Shown here: positions 1-8,785 of the stretch, piece after piece
Layout of the letters: the number at the start of each line of letters is the position of its first letter
Numbering within the stretch: position 1 is the first letter of the stretch
Source of the DNA: Heteronotia binoei
Lineage: Eukaryota
Length of the DNA stretch: 64,000 bases
Direction: 5' to 3'
NCBI RefSeq assembly: GCF_032191835.1
Contig: NC_083240.1
Coordinates: 13,454,001 to 13,518,000 of the forward strand
Translations under genes and position numbers: made by a program
The notes under the pieces: model-generated
Told to the model about the DNA's origin: nothing
Seen by the model: the letters and a program-made list of their open reading frames with translations, nothing else
Databases searched by the model: none

Positions 1-939
1 CTAATTACAACCATGGCCGAAGCCCTCAACATTACTCTTCCGTCGGACTCACCTAAGGTCTCTGACCTTGTACACGACCTCGTGCAAACGGACTTTCCAC
101 CGGGCTCGCTTCTTCCCATGCTCCCGGTACACCTCGAAGGCCTCCGCGAAACCTGGGACAAACCTGCCTCGGTTCCACCTACCGCGAAACGCTTTGACTC
201 TCTCTACAGAGTTCACGCTCCTGAGGCTAAATTTCTTGCTTCTCATCCGGCGCCCAACTCCATTATCGTGCACTCAGCCACTAAGGCTAAACCATCCAGA
301 CATCCGACACCTCCTGACCGTGAAGGCAGGAAATTGGACACCCTGGCAAGAAAAATTTTCGGCCTTGCCTCTACAAATTCTAAACTAAACAATTATTTAG
401 CCTACTTTTCAGCCTATGTCTACAACTTGGCTATCCAATTTACGCCTCTTATTTCCGCCCTTCCTGAACCCTCCCAAAGAACGGCCTCCGGCTTGGTATC
501 AGAGCTATCTAGAGTGTCCAAGCAACAGATCAACACCATACGCCATGCTGTTTCTTGCTCGTCCAGGGTTTTTGCATCCTCTGTTGCCTTACGACGCCAC
601 GCCTGGCTGAGGTCCACAAATCTACAACCGGACATTAAACAAAAAATAGAAGACCTTCCCTTCGATGGCCTCGGCCTTTTCCATGCTTCTACTGACGAAG
701 TCTTAGCCTCGGTGGATGATGGCCGCAAACGTGCCAAGCGCTTGGGAGTTTCCCAACCGTTTTCCCAGCGTCCCAACCGTGCAAAGCCCTGGAGACCATC
801 ATTTCAAAGACGCCAAGGGTCACCTAAGCGTACCGACTTCTGGAAGAGGAAGACTGGCCAGCAGAAACCGCAGTTTCAACAAAGACCGCGGTCACAACAG
901 GCCAAAAAACCCTCCCTTCCTTCTAAACAGTCTCTTTGA
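1..939 (+). CDS. DIRS gag (ORF1), 3' part; LAP2alpha-like domain
   Basis: Frame open from base 1 (LITTMAEALN..., matching NLITTMASALN in copy 2) to TGA 937-939; RRHAWLRS..IEDLPFDG motif typical of vertebrate DIRS gag. Confidence 0.9.
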   Translation, partial: LITTMAEALNITLPSDSPKVSDLVHDLVQTDFPPGSLLPMLPVHLEGLRETWDKPASVPPTAKRFDSLYRVHAPEAKFLASHPAPNSIIVHSATKAKPSRHPTPPDREGRKLDTLARKIFGLASTNSKLNNYLAYFSAYVYNLAIQFTPLISALPEPSQRTASGLVSELSRVSKQQINTIRHAVSCSSRVFASSVALRRHAWLRSTNLQPDIKQKIEDLPFDGLGLFHASTDEVLASVDDGRKRAKRLGVSQPFSQRPNRAKPWRPSFQRRQGSPKRTDFWKRKTGQQKPQFQQRPRSQQAKKPSLPSKQSL

Positions 940-2815
940 CTCCCCCGTACCGTTCTTCAACACACGTCTGTCACCGTTCCTTCCGACTTGGAACTCGATA
1001 ACAACCGACTCCTGGGTGCTGACCATCGTGCGTCTAGGTTACGCAATCGAGTTCATTTCTCCACCTCGCCACCACTATTTCACAGCTACCCCCCCCTCTC
1101 CCCTCCTCCGTCAGGAGATCCTGGACTTGCTCCACAAGGAAGCCATAGAGCCCGTTCCCCCCCTCCATCGGGGGACAGGCTTCTATTCAAGATACTTCCT
1201 TGTTCCCAAGAGGGATGGAGGAAGGCGTCCCATTCTAGATCTAAGGAAGCTCAACAAGCACATCGCATACAGGAAGTTCAGAATGATCTCCCTGCAGTCC
1301 ATTCTGCCTCTTATCCCCAGGAATTCCTGGATGGCTTCCCTAGACCTTCAGGACGCTTACTTCCATGTGACAATCCGACCTCAACATCGGAAGTATCTAC
1401 GATTTGCCATGGGCCGGGACCACTACCAATATGTGTCCCTACCTTTCGGCCTCTCCACTGCGCCCCGCGTGTTCACCAAGTGCATGGCGGTTGTGGCAGC
1501 TGCACTTCGCACTCGGAACATTCCAGTCTTCCCGTACATCGACGACTGGCTCCTGGTGGCCCCGACACAACAGCAATTGGAGCACAACCTCGACACAGCT
1601 CTCACTCTTCTGAGCTCCCTGGGTCTCCGCGTGAATACATCAAAGTCGCACCTCACACCTACCCAGGACCTCAAGTTTATAGGCGCCCTTCTCTGCAGCT
1701 CCCTGCATCGAGCTTTTCTCCCAGAGGATCGGGCATGCACTATTATTGCCCTAGCCAAGGCAGTTCAACAGCAACCCCGTCAGTCTGCGTTCACAATCCA
1801 ACGCCTGCTGGGCCTTATGGCTGCAACGACATCTGTCCTTCGATTTGCCAGACTGCGAATGCGACAACTGCAGATCTGGTTTGTTCGAGCCTACAACCCT
1901 CAAACGCAACCGCAAGCTGCTCTGCTCACTATCCCACAGAGAGCGCTTCTATCTCTCACGTGGTGGACTGTGCCCAACAATCTACTAGAGGGCAAGCCGT
2001 TTCTACCGACTTCCCCTACGACCACTATAACAACAGATGCCTCCAAGTGGGGATGGGGAGCCCACCTAGAGGACAAAACTGTCAGAGGGCTTTGGACGAC
2101 CACCGAGAGACTCATGCACATAAACTGCTTAGAACTGATCGCGGTGCACAGAGCTCTTCAATCATTTCTCCCATTAATAAAGGGCCAGCATGTCCAGATC
2201 TCTACGGACAACATGGCGACTGTTTATTATATAAACAAGCAAGGGGGCACCAGATCCCTCCGTCTCTGTCGTATAGCCGTACTGCTCTGGGAATGGTGTG
2301 TCAAACACAACATATTTATGACTGCCATTCATCTCCCCGGTGTGGAGAATACCTTGGCCGATTCCCTCAGCAGGTTTCGGATAGACGACCACGAATGGTC
2401 CATCACTCCGACCTACCTTCGCAGCATCTTCCGCTGCTTCGGAACACCCGAGGTGGACGCCTTTGCATCCAGGAACAATGCCAAGTGTCCTCAGTTTTAT
2501 TGCAGGAGGGGCAACGACGCCTTTCTGCACGATTGGACAGGTCCCCTTCACTACTTCTTTCCACCGACCCCCCTTCTGACACGTGTGTTGGTGAAAATAA
2601 CTCGGGATGGCACAGACTGCATCCTCATTGCGCCATGGTGGCCTCGGCAACCGTGGTTCACGAGGCTGCTTCAACTGTCACGCCACACTTACTGCCGGCT
2701 TCCTCCTGCGGGCGACCTCCTCTCTCAAGCCAACGGTCAGGTTCTTCATCACAACCCTCGGGTCCTGGCCCTGACCGCCTGGAGAATACGGCCACCTTCC
2801 TCTCTACAGAAGTAG
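716..2815 (+). CDS. DIRS pol ORF: reverse transcriptase, RNase H, Dam-like methyltransferase domain
   Basis: LDLQDAYFH, LPFGLSTAPRVF, YIDD (RT); TDAS, LELIA, STDN, ADSLSR (RNase H); DAFAS..FFPP..APWWPRQPWF (MT). True start uncertain (ATG 716 or frameshift from gag). Confidence 0.93.
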   Translation: MMAANVPSAWEFPNRFPSVPTVQSPGDHHFKDAKGHLSVPTSGRGRLASRNRSFNKDRGHNRPKNPPFLLNSLFDSPVPFFNTRLSPFLPTWNSITTDSWVLTIVRLGYAIEFISPPRHHYFTATPPSPLLRQEILDLLHKEAIEPVPPLHRGTGFYSRYFLVPKRDGGRRPILDLRKLNKHIAYRKFRMISLQSILPLIPRNSWMASLDLQDAYFHVTIRPQHRKYLRFAMGRDHYQYVSLPFGLSTAPRVFTKCMAVVAAALRTRNIPVFPYIDDWLLVAPTQQQLEHNLDTALTLLSSLGLRVNTSKSHLTPTQDLKFIGALLCSSLHRAFLPEDRACTIIALAKAVQQQPRQSAFTIQRLLGLMAATTSVLRFARLRMRQLQIWFVRAYNPQTQPQAALLTIPQRALLSLTWWTVPNNLLEGKPFLPTSPTTTITTDASKWGWGAHLEDKTVRGLWTTTERLMHINCLELIAVHRALQSFLPLIKGQHVQISTDNMATVYYINKQGGTRSLRLCRIAVLLWEWCVKHNIFMTAIHLPGVENTLADSLSRFRIDDHEWSITPTYLRSIFRCFGTPEVDAFASRNNAKCPQFYCRRGNDAFLHDWTGPLHYFFPPTPLLTRVLVKITRDGTDCILIAPWWPRQPWFTRLLQLSRHTYCRLPPAGDLLSQANGQVLHHNPRVLALTAWRIRPPSSLQK

Positions 2816-3813
2816 CCAATGTCATCCTCAACGCAAGAAAGCCTTCCACCAGACTTTCTTATCAGCGTAAATGGAAGCGCTTCTGTTCCTTTGCAACATC
2901 TTCTCAGCTGCAGCCGGAAACGGCTCCACTTCCCCTAATTCTGGACTACCTACTTTCCCTACAGAAATCCGGACTCTGTTATTCCTCTGTGAAGGTTCAC
3001 CTTTCTGCGGTTTCTGCTTTCCACAAGCCGATCGATGGCAAGACTGTGTTCTCCCATCCCTTATCAAAGTCCTTTCTCAAGGGCTTGTTGCACCTCAACC
3101 CACCGGTTAAACCATTTGTTCCGACATGGAGTTTATCGTTAGTCCTTTCCTGCTTGATGAAAGCCCCTTTTGAGCCTATGGCTACCATAGACCTCAATCT
3201 CCTTTCCTGGAAGACAGCATTACTCGTAGCCCTCACCTCGGGCAAACGGGCAAGTGACTTATGCGCTTTCCGCTACGATCCTCCCTACACCATTTTCCAC
3301 AAGGACAAAGTTGTTTTGCGACCGGACCCTGCGTTCCTGCCTAAGGTTGTCTCCCAGTTCCACTTATCAACCTCAACTTCTCTACCAACGTTCTTCTCCA
3401 ACCCATCCGACCAGGGACAACGAGCCCTGCATTCCTTGGACGTTAGAAGGGCGTTATCCTTCTACCTTGATCGTACACAACCTTTCCGTAAGGACCCTAA
3501 TCTGTTTGTGGCCTACGGAAACCCCCACAGGGGTCTTAAGATTTCTACCCAACGTCTGTCAAAGTGGGTAGTCAGTGCCATCAGGTTGTGCTACGAACTG
3601 GCTAAACAGCCTTTGCCCGACGGCCTTAAGGGCCACTCTACTAGAGCGGTCTCCACGTCTTCGGCCTTTCTACAAGGCGTGTCTCTAGAGGACATTTGTG
3701 CGGCTGCATCCTGGTCCTCTCCATCCACGTTCGTCTCCCATTATGCGATGGACGTTCGTGCGAGACGTGACGCCTCCTTCGGCCAAGCGGTCCTCAGATC
3801 CATCTTCCTCTGA
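940..3813 (+). CDS. DIRS ORF3: long frame overlapping pol, ending in the tyrosine recombinase (YR domain about 2810-3813)
   Basis: No stop from the codon after the gag TGA to 3813; YR catalytic motifs SGKRASDL (R), GHSTR (HxxR), ASW, SHY (Y). Confidence 0.9.
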   Translation, partial: LPRTVLQHTSVTVPSDLELDNNRLLGADHRASRLRNRVHFSTSPPLFHSYPPLSPPPSGDPGLAPQGSHRARSPPPSGDRLLFKILPCSQEGWRKASHSRSKEAQQAHRIQEVQNDLPAVHSASYPQEFLDGFPRPSGRLLPCDNPTSTSEVSTICHGPGPLPICVPTFRPLHCAPRVHQVHGGCGSCTSHSEHSSLPVHRRLAPGGPDTTAIGAQPRHSSHSSELPGSPREYIKVAPHTYPGPQVYRRPSLQLPASSFSPRGSGMHYYCPSQGSSTATPSVCVHNPTPAGPYGCNDICPSICQTANATTADLVCSSLQPSNATASCSAHYPTESASISHVVDCAQQSTRGQAVSTDFPYDHYNNRCLQVGMGSPPRGQNCQRALDDHRETHAHKLLRTDRGAQSSSIISPINKGPACPDLYGQHGDCLLYKQARGHQIPPSLSYSRTALGMVCQTQHIYDCHSSPRCGEYLGRFPQQVSDRRPRMVHHSDLPSQHLPLLRNTRGGRLCIQEQCQVSSVLLQEGQRRLSARLDRSPSLLLSTDPPSDTCVGENNSGWHRLHPHCAMVASATVVHEAASTVTPHLLPASSCGRPPLSSQRSGSSSQPSGPGPDRLENTATFLSTEVANVILNARKPSTRLSYQRKWKRFCSFATSSQLQPETAPLPLILDYLLSLQKSGLCYSSVKVHLSAVSAFHKPIDGKTVFSHPLSKSFLKGLLHLNPPVKPFVPTWSLSLVLSCLMKAPFEPMATIDLNLLSWKTALLVALTSGKRASDLCAFRYDPPYTIFHKDKVVLRPDPAFLPKVVSQFHLSTSTSLPTFFSNPSDQGQRALHSLDVRRALSFYLDRTQPFRKDPNLFVAYGNPHRGLKISTQRLSKWVVSAIRLCYELAKQPLPDGLKGHSTRAVSTSSAFLQGVSLEDICAAASWSSPSTFVSHYAMDVRARRDASFGQAVLRSIFL

Positions 3814-3821
3814 AGCCAGGG

Positions 3822-3930
3822 GTGAGTGCATCCGCTTCCATCTTTACACTGCAGACCACGTCACATGATGGTTGATTGCGTGATTGCATGTGATTTGATT
3901 TTTCCTGTGACTAACCTTTTTCTTTACCAG
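3822..3930 (+). other. Putative spliceosomal intron in DIRS 3' UTR (109 nt)
   Basis: G|GTGAGT donor, TGACTAAC branch at 3908-3915, pyrimidine tract, CAG acceptor; same signals in copy 2. Confidence 0.7.
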
Positions 3931-3963
3931 CACCCTCCTCCAGTCCATCCAGCTGGCTAGTCA

Positions 3964-4059
3964 CCCATGTGTGGGACTGCACAGAGACCACGAAGAAGAT
4001 AAACAGGTTGCTTACCTGTAACTGATGATCTTCGAGTGGTCATCTGTGCAGTCACACAC
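3964..4059 (+). repeat. DIRS internal complementary region (ICR), copy 1
   Basis: Reverse complement of right end joined to left end; identical to ICR of copy 2. Confidence 0.93.
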
Positions 4060-4127
4060 GCCCACCCAGCCTTCCCCGCTGCTGGCCTCTTGTGATTCTT
4101 CCGTAAACTTATAGTGTCATTGCCGGC

Positions 4128-4347
4128 GGCGGCTGGAAGAAACTGAGTGGAAGGGGCGCTCTCCCCCCGCTCCAGGCATGCGCGGTCGCTGCCTGCTCCC
4201 CAGAGCGGGAGGAAAGCGCGCCAAAAGACGTTATAAACGAGCTATTGGAGCTCCGAGGAATGGATCCGTTGCCTGCGGCAAGACCCATGTGTGTGACTGC
4301 ACAGATGACCACTCGAAGATCATCAGTTACAGGTAAGCAACCTGTTT
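4128..4347 (+). repeat. DIRS right inverted terminal repeat, copy 1
   Basis: Near-identical to 53763-53983; last ~59 nt complementary to ICR 4001-4059. Confidence 0.93.
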
Positions 4348-5132
4348 TTTCCTGACTTGCATTCCTTTATCTCTCTCTCTCTCTCCCCCCACCCCCCGCC
4401 TGCCCGATTTTACTTAGGGCTGCATTCCACTTCTCCTTCTAGGAGAAGGTCTCACATCAGCTCTGGAACTGAAACATGCACAGCTTCTCACAGCATTCAC
4501 TCCCTTCCATTTGTACCTCTGCCACATTACCCATTGTGTGCATCAGTAAAAGCGCTCCGTGCCAAATTCTGAAATATAGAACAAAACAATGGGCAATTTG
4601 TAATGAATTCATTCCAGAACCACTAATTTGGAAACTCCAAAAACCAGGGAGATATTAGGATGAAGAGGAATTTTAGAACTGTTCCAGCAGTATCCACAGA
4701 GAGAAGATGTAGGCTTAGATGGTCTATAGGCAAGCACTGACTGAAAGCCACTGTAGAACCTTCTTGCTTTTCAAGATGGCGTCATGCCAGAATCTGAGTT
4801 CTTTGGGCTTTAACTGGTTTCTTGGTTCTGATGGGCTAGAAAGCTTTATGAGATTCATTCAAATAGCCCCTGCTTTTCTAGAAACAGTATTCAAAGAGAG
4901 AAGAGCCTGCATCAGGCACTCCCCCTCCAGTGACTGATGAAGAGTTGTGGCTCAGTGGTGGAGCACATGCAGAATGTCCCAAGTTCGCTCTTGACTTTTG
5001 CAGCTAAGGAATTTAACTACTGAGAAAGAGTTTTCTCTACCTGAGAAAACAAGGCTGAGATGGACAGTACAACATCAGACAGTGTAATATGCAGCTCCCT
5101 TTGTGTGGCGAAGGCCCATGACTTAGTGCTAA

Positions 5133-5311
5133 GTAGTGGTTAAATGTGCAGACTCTTATCTGGGAGAACTGGGTTTGATGCCCCACTCCTCCACTTGCAG
5201 CTGCTGGAATGGCCTTGGGTCCACCATAGCTCTGGCAGGAGTTGTCCTTGAGGGAGGTATAGGAGATTGTGACTCTGAGATTCAGAGTATAGGGCGGGAT
5301 ATAAATCCAAT

Positions 5312-5353
<42 letters not shown>
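5133..5353 (+). mobile_element. tRNA-derived SINE (Squam3-like), 5'-truncated and internally deleted, (CAT)n tail
   Basis: Matches the family at 24182-24457; TAGTGG A box and GGGTTTGATGCCC B-box-like motif. Confidence 0.85.
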
Positions 5354-5477
5354 TGCTTTGCATACAGAAGGTCCCAGGTTCAATCCCTGGCATCTCCAGT
5401 GGAAAGCTCAGATAGCAGGTGTTTATCTGTCTCTAATAGAGTAGCCAATACTGACCCAAATGAATATATGGTTTCTT

Positions 5478-5755
5478 AGAAGAAGAAGATATTGGATTTA
5501 TATCCCGCCCTCCACTCCGAAGAGTCTCAGAGCGGCTCACAATCTCCTTTACCTTCCTCCCCCACAACAGACACCCTGTGAGGTGGGTGGGGCTGAGAGG
5601 GCTCTCACAGCAGCTGCCCTTTCAAGGACAACCTCTGCCAGAGCTATGGCTGACCCAAGGCCATTCCAGCAGGTGCAAGTGGAGGAGTGGGGAATCAAAC
5701 CCGGTTCTCCCAGATAAGAGTCCGCACACTTAACCACTACACCAAACTGGCTCTC
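5478..5755 (-). mobile_element. tRNA-derived SINE (Squam3-like), full length
   Basis: GAGAGCCAGTTTGGTGTAGTGG head, GGTTTGATTCC B box, L2-like tail, (CTT)n end on minus strand. Confidence 0.9.
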
Positions 5756-6857
5756 CTTTTGTTGTTGTTGTTCCTTTTGATGCTTGTATCTGGGTACACG
5801 TATGAACTTTTAATGTATACCAACTTTTATATATGACTCTTTAGGTTGGGTTAGCCACAGGTCATGGACATCCTAGCCATCTTGTGCTCCTTTCTCTAGC
5901 TCACTTTACCATCGGTCCCTGCATCTCTCGGTGCACACTATCATGGGGCTAGAGCCAAAATGGATACTGACCACCTGGCGCCTCTCATTTTAGAAATGGA
6001 AATGAGACATTTGTTAATACTTCCCCCTCTTCTGATTAAGAGCCAAGAAACATCATTTTCATATGGCAAGTTCCAAATATGTCGGTTGTTGCTGATGGGG
6101 TGACTCTCTTATGCCCATCGGGCACCTGGGGCTTGTTAAAAACCAGCTAGCTGTCTTGCAAACTGCTGGGGTGATCTGTCTGTCTTTTGGGGATGGACTG
6201 CCTACCAGGTGCAAAGGAAGCACTCCTGAATCTCATTATGCAAGCAGTACGTTTGGCTTTTTTTCTCCTAGGGGTATTATGCCACCTTCATTAGAACTTG
6301 GAACTGGGGAAAGTCTTTGAAAACGCCCCAAATAATTGCTGCCAAATGCATGAAGCGAGCGTTTGTCACAGGAGAGTCAAGATCTTAAATCCAGGCAAAG
6401 GGGAAAGGAGCAAATTTCTGAACTTTCCTTATTGTTCCCAGAGGAGAAAACCCCTGGCCAAAATTCCCCTTCTCTTCTGACAAGGATCAGCCAAGGCTTG
6501 AACCAGGAACCTTCTAGTTTGCATTTCGAGAGCATCCATAATTTACCAGCTCCTGGAACTGCATTTCTCTCATTTGATGCAGAATCCCTGGTAGCACATG
6601 AACTGCCCCCCCCCACCAACACCCACCATCCCTTAGAGGTAGATTATCCGATTACCATTTCATCCTATTATAAATCTGTATTAGCAGAAGTGATGGGCAA
6701 CAGCCCCCCTCCCCACACCTCAGTTTGGAGCCAGTGTCCTTGAAGAACAGTGGGGGCAAAGACAGCTCTAAAAAAGAGTTCTAAATAGAGAGAGGTTTTT
6801 TAAAGTGCTCTAAAAATGGTTGGACAAATGTCACTCGTTCCTTTCCGCACTTGTAAC

Positions 6858-7109
6858 GCAGACTCTTATCTGGGAGAATTGGGTTTGATTCCCCACTCCC
6901 CACTCCTTCACTTGCAGCTGCTGGAATGGCCTTGGGTCAGTCATAGCTCTCTCAAGAGTTGTCCTAGAAAGGGCAGCTTCTGTGAGAGCTCTCTCAGCCC
7001 CACCCACCTCACAGGGTGTCTGTTGTGGGGGAAGGAGATAAAGGAGATTGGAAGCCGCTCTGAGACTGATTCAGAGAGGAAGGGCGGGGGGTATAAATCT
7101 CCGGTCTTC
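6858..7109 (+). mobile_element. Squam3-like SINE, 5'-truncated
   Basis: Sequence match to family. Confidence 0.85.
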
Positions 7110-7308
7110 AAATGGGTTTCGGGAGCCAAATCTCCCAGTCAGCAGATGTAGAAGGACAGGGATATTTCATTCAAAATGATCCAGCCATTGTATCTCAAAA
7201 TAAGACACTGAATGTGAAGAAGAGAACACAACACTTTTTTTAAATCTGGGAAGTTGTTTATTTTAAAAGTTAGATTTTTTTAAAAAAAATATTTCCACTG
7301 GGTGTTAT

Positions 7309-7596
7309 GAGAGCCAGTTTGGTGTAGTGGTTAAGTGCATGGACTCTTATCTGGAAGAACCGGGTTTGATTCCCCACTCCTCCACTTGCACCTGCTGGAT
7401 TGGCCTTGGGTTCACCATTAACTCTGGCAGAGGTTGTCCTTGAAAGGGCAGCTGCTGTGAGAGCCCTCTCCAGCCCCACCCACCTCACAGGGTGACTATT
7501 GTGGGGGGAGAAGATACAGGAGATTGTAAGCCGCTCTGAGTCTCTGATTCAGAGAGAAGGGCGGGGTATAAATCTGCAATTCTTCTTCTTCTTCTT
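7309..7596 (+). mobile_element. Squam3-like SINE, full length
   Basis: Head, body, tail and (CTT)n match. Confidence 0.9.
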
Positions 7597-8524
7597 TTGA
7601 CTGAACAGTCTTCACAGGGGCTAGAATCAGGCTTTAAACTTCTGATTCAGCAGTCAAATACATTTTAAAAGAATGGCTGCCTGAATCCACGGCGGGAATG
7701 GTTATTAGTCACAGCCACCCTGGGATAAATAATGTTGCCCAGAGGGGCGCAGTCTTGGCTGCGCCCCCTTGGAGAAGCTCAGCGTCCCGTTCAAGGCCCA
7801 GCGCTTTGGTTCTTGCATAAACATTAGAAAGCCTCCTCCTACACTTGAAATCACACATGATTTTTTTTTTTTTAAGGTTTTCAACACCACCTCTCACATT
7901 TCAAGTCTGAAACGTTTGCAATGAATACAAAAATCTCATTCAGAATCTCCATTAAGACGATTCTGTTTTTGGTGGAGTGGGCAGGAATTAGCTGCAACGG
8001 TGCCAGAACTTTTAATTTAAATCTCCCTTTCCATATTTGTATGCACCAGGACTGAGCAGATGGCGAAGCGTCAGAGATCTCAGTATGTAAAGACATTAAG
8101 ATCTTACCCCTTCTGGTGTGGGGAGAGATCTTAAGCCTTGTACTAGCCTAGAATAAAACTGACCTTTTCATATGTATGTGTGTCTGTCTAGAACTGAGGG
8201 TTTTTTAAAGCCCGGAATTCTCAATAATGCAATACTCTGCTATAAGCATAATAGCAGCTGCCTTAGAGCAGAAAGATAGAGTATCAGTTTTACCAATGAA
8301 TAATAATAAATAAGAGATGAACCAGAAGCAGGGATGGGCACGAACCGGCTCACAAAGTAATGTTCATGATGAATTTTGGGCAGGTCATGGTTCACAGACT
8401 GATGTTTGTGGCAGGTCAACTTTCATGAGCTTTCCATGAACTTTCAAGCAGTTCATGGAGGTTCACTGTGGCTCATGAATGGATACATTTACAGGCAGAC
8501 TGTCTCTGCTCATTATAAATGTTT

Positions 8525-8635
8525 AAGGTAAAGATAGTGCAAGCACCAAGTCATTACTGACCCATGGGGTGACGTCACATCATGACGTTTTCAAGGCAGA
8601 CTTTTTACGGGGTGATTTGCCATTGCCTTCCCCAG
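8525..8635 (-). mobile_element. Sauria SINE (Squam1)-like 3' fragment
   Basis: Minus strand ends in CTTTACCTT after a GGCAATGGCAAA..CACCCC RTE-type tail. Confidence 0.6.
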
Positions 8636-8785
8636 AAATGTTTACCAAATTTCAAATCAACTTGTGGTGGTGTGGCGGGGGGGGGGGGGGGAAGACTTGG
8701 AGAGTATGTAGAGGAGCATCTGGGAGAGGTCCTCTGAGACTTTGATGTCCCTAGCTTGCACAGGATCCATTTTTTATACACTCCT

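Larger units (their letters stand above)
1..4347 (+). mobile_element. DIRS1-like tyrosine-recombinase retrotransposon, copy 1 (5' part outside the window)
   Basis: gag C-terminus, RT/RNaseH/MT ORF, overlapping YR ORF, ICR and right ITR in canonical DIRS1 order; collinear with the complete copy at 47678-53983. Confidence 0.96.

Noticed and set aside
991-1054. 9-bp stem GAACTCGAT/ATCGAGTTC downstream of the gag stop as a recoding stimulator
   Set aside because: The pairing is not preserved in copy 2; a proper covariation analysis is still needed.
4719-4937. 72-aa ORF MVYRQALTESH... as a PLCH2 exon
   Set aside because: No phase-1 donor and no recognisable homology.
5140-5352. Poly-Met ORF and the many recurring MVKCADSYLGEPGLIPHSST ORFs
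   Set aside because: Translations of the (CAT)n tail and of SINE bodies.
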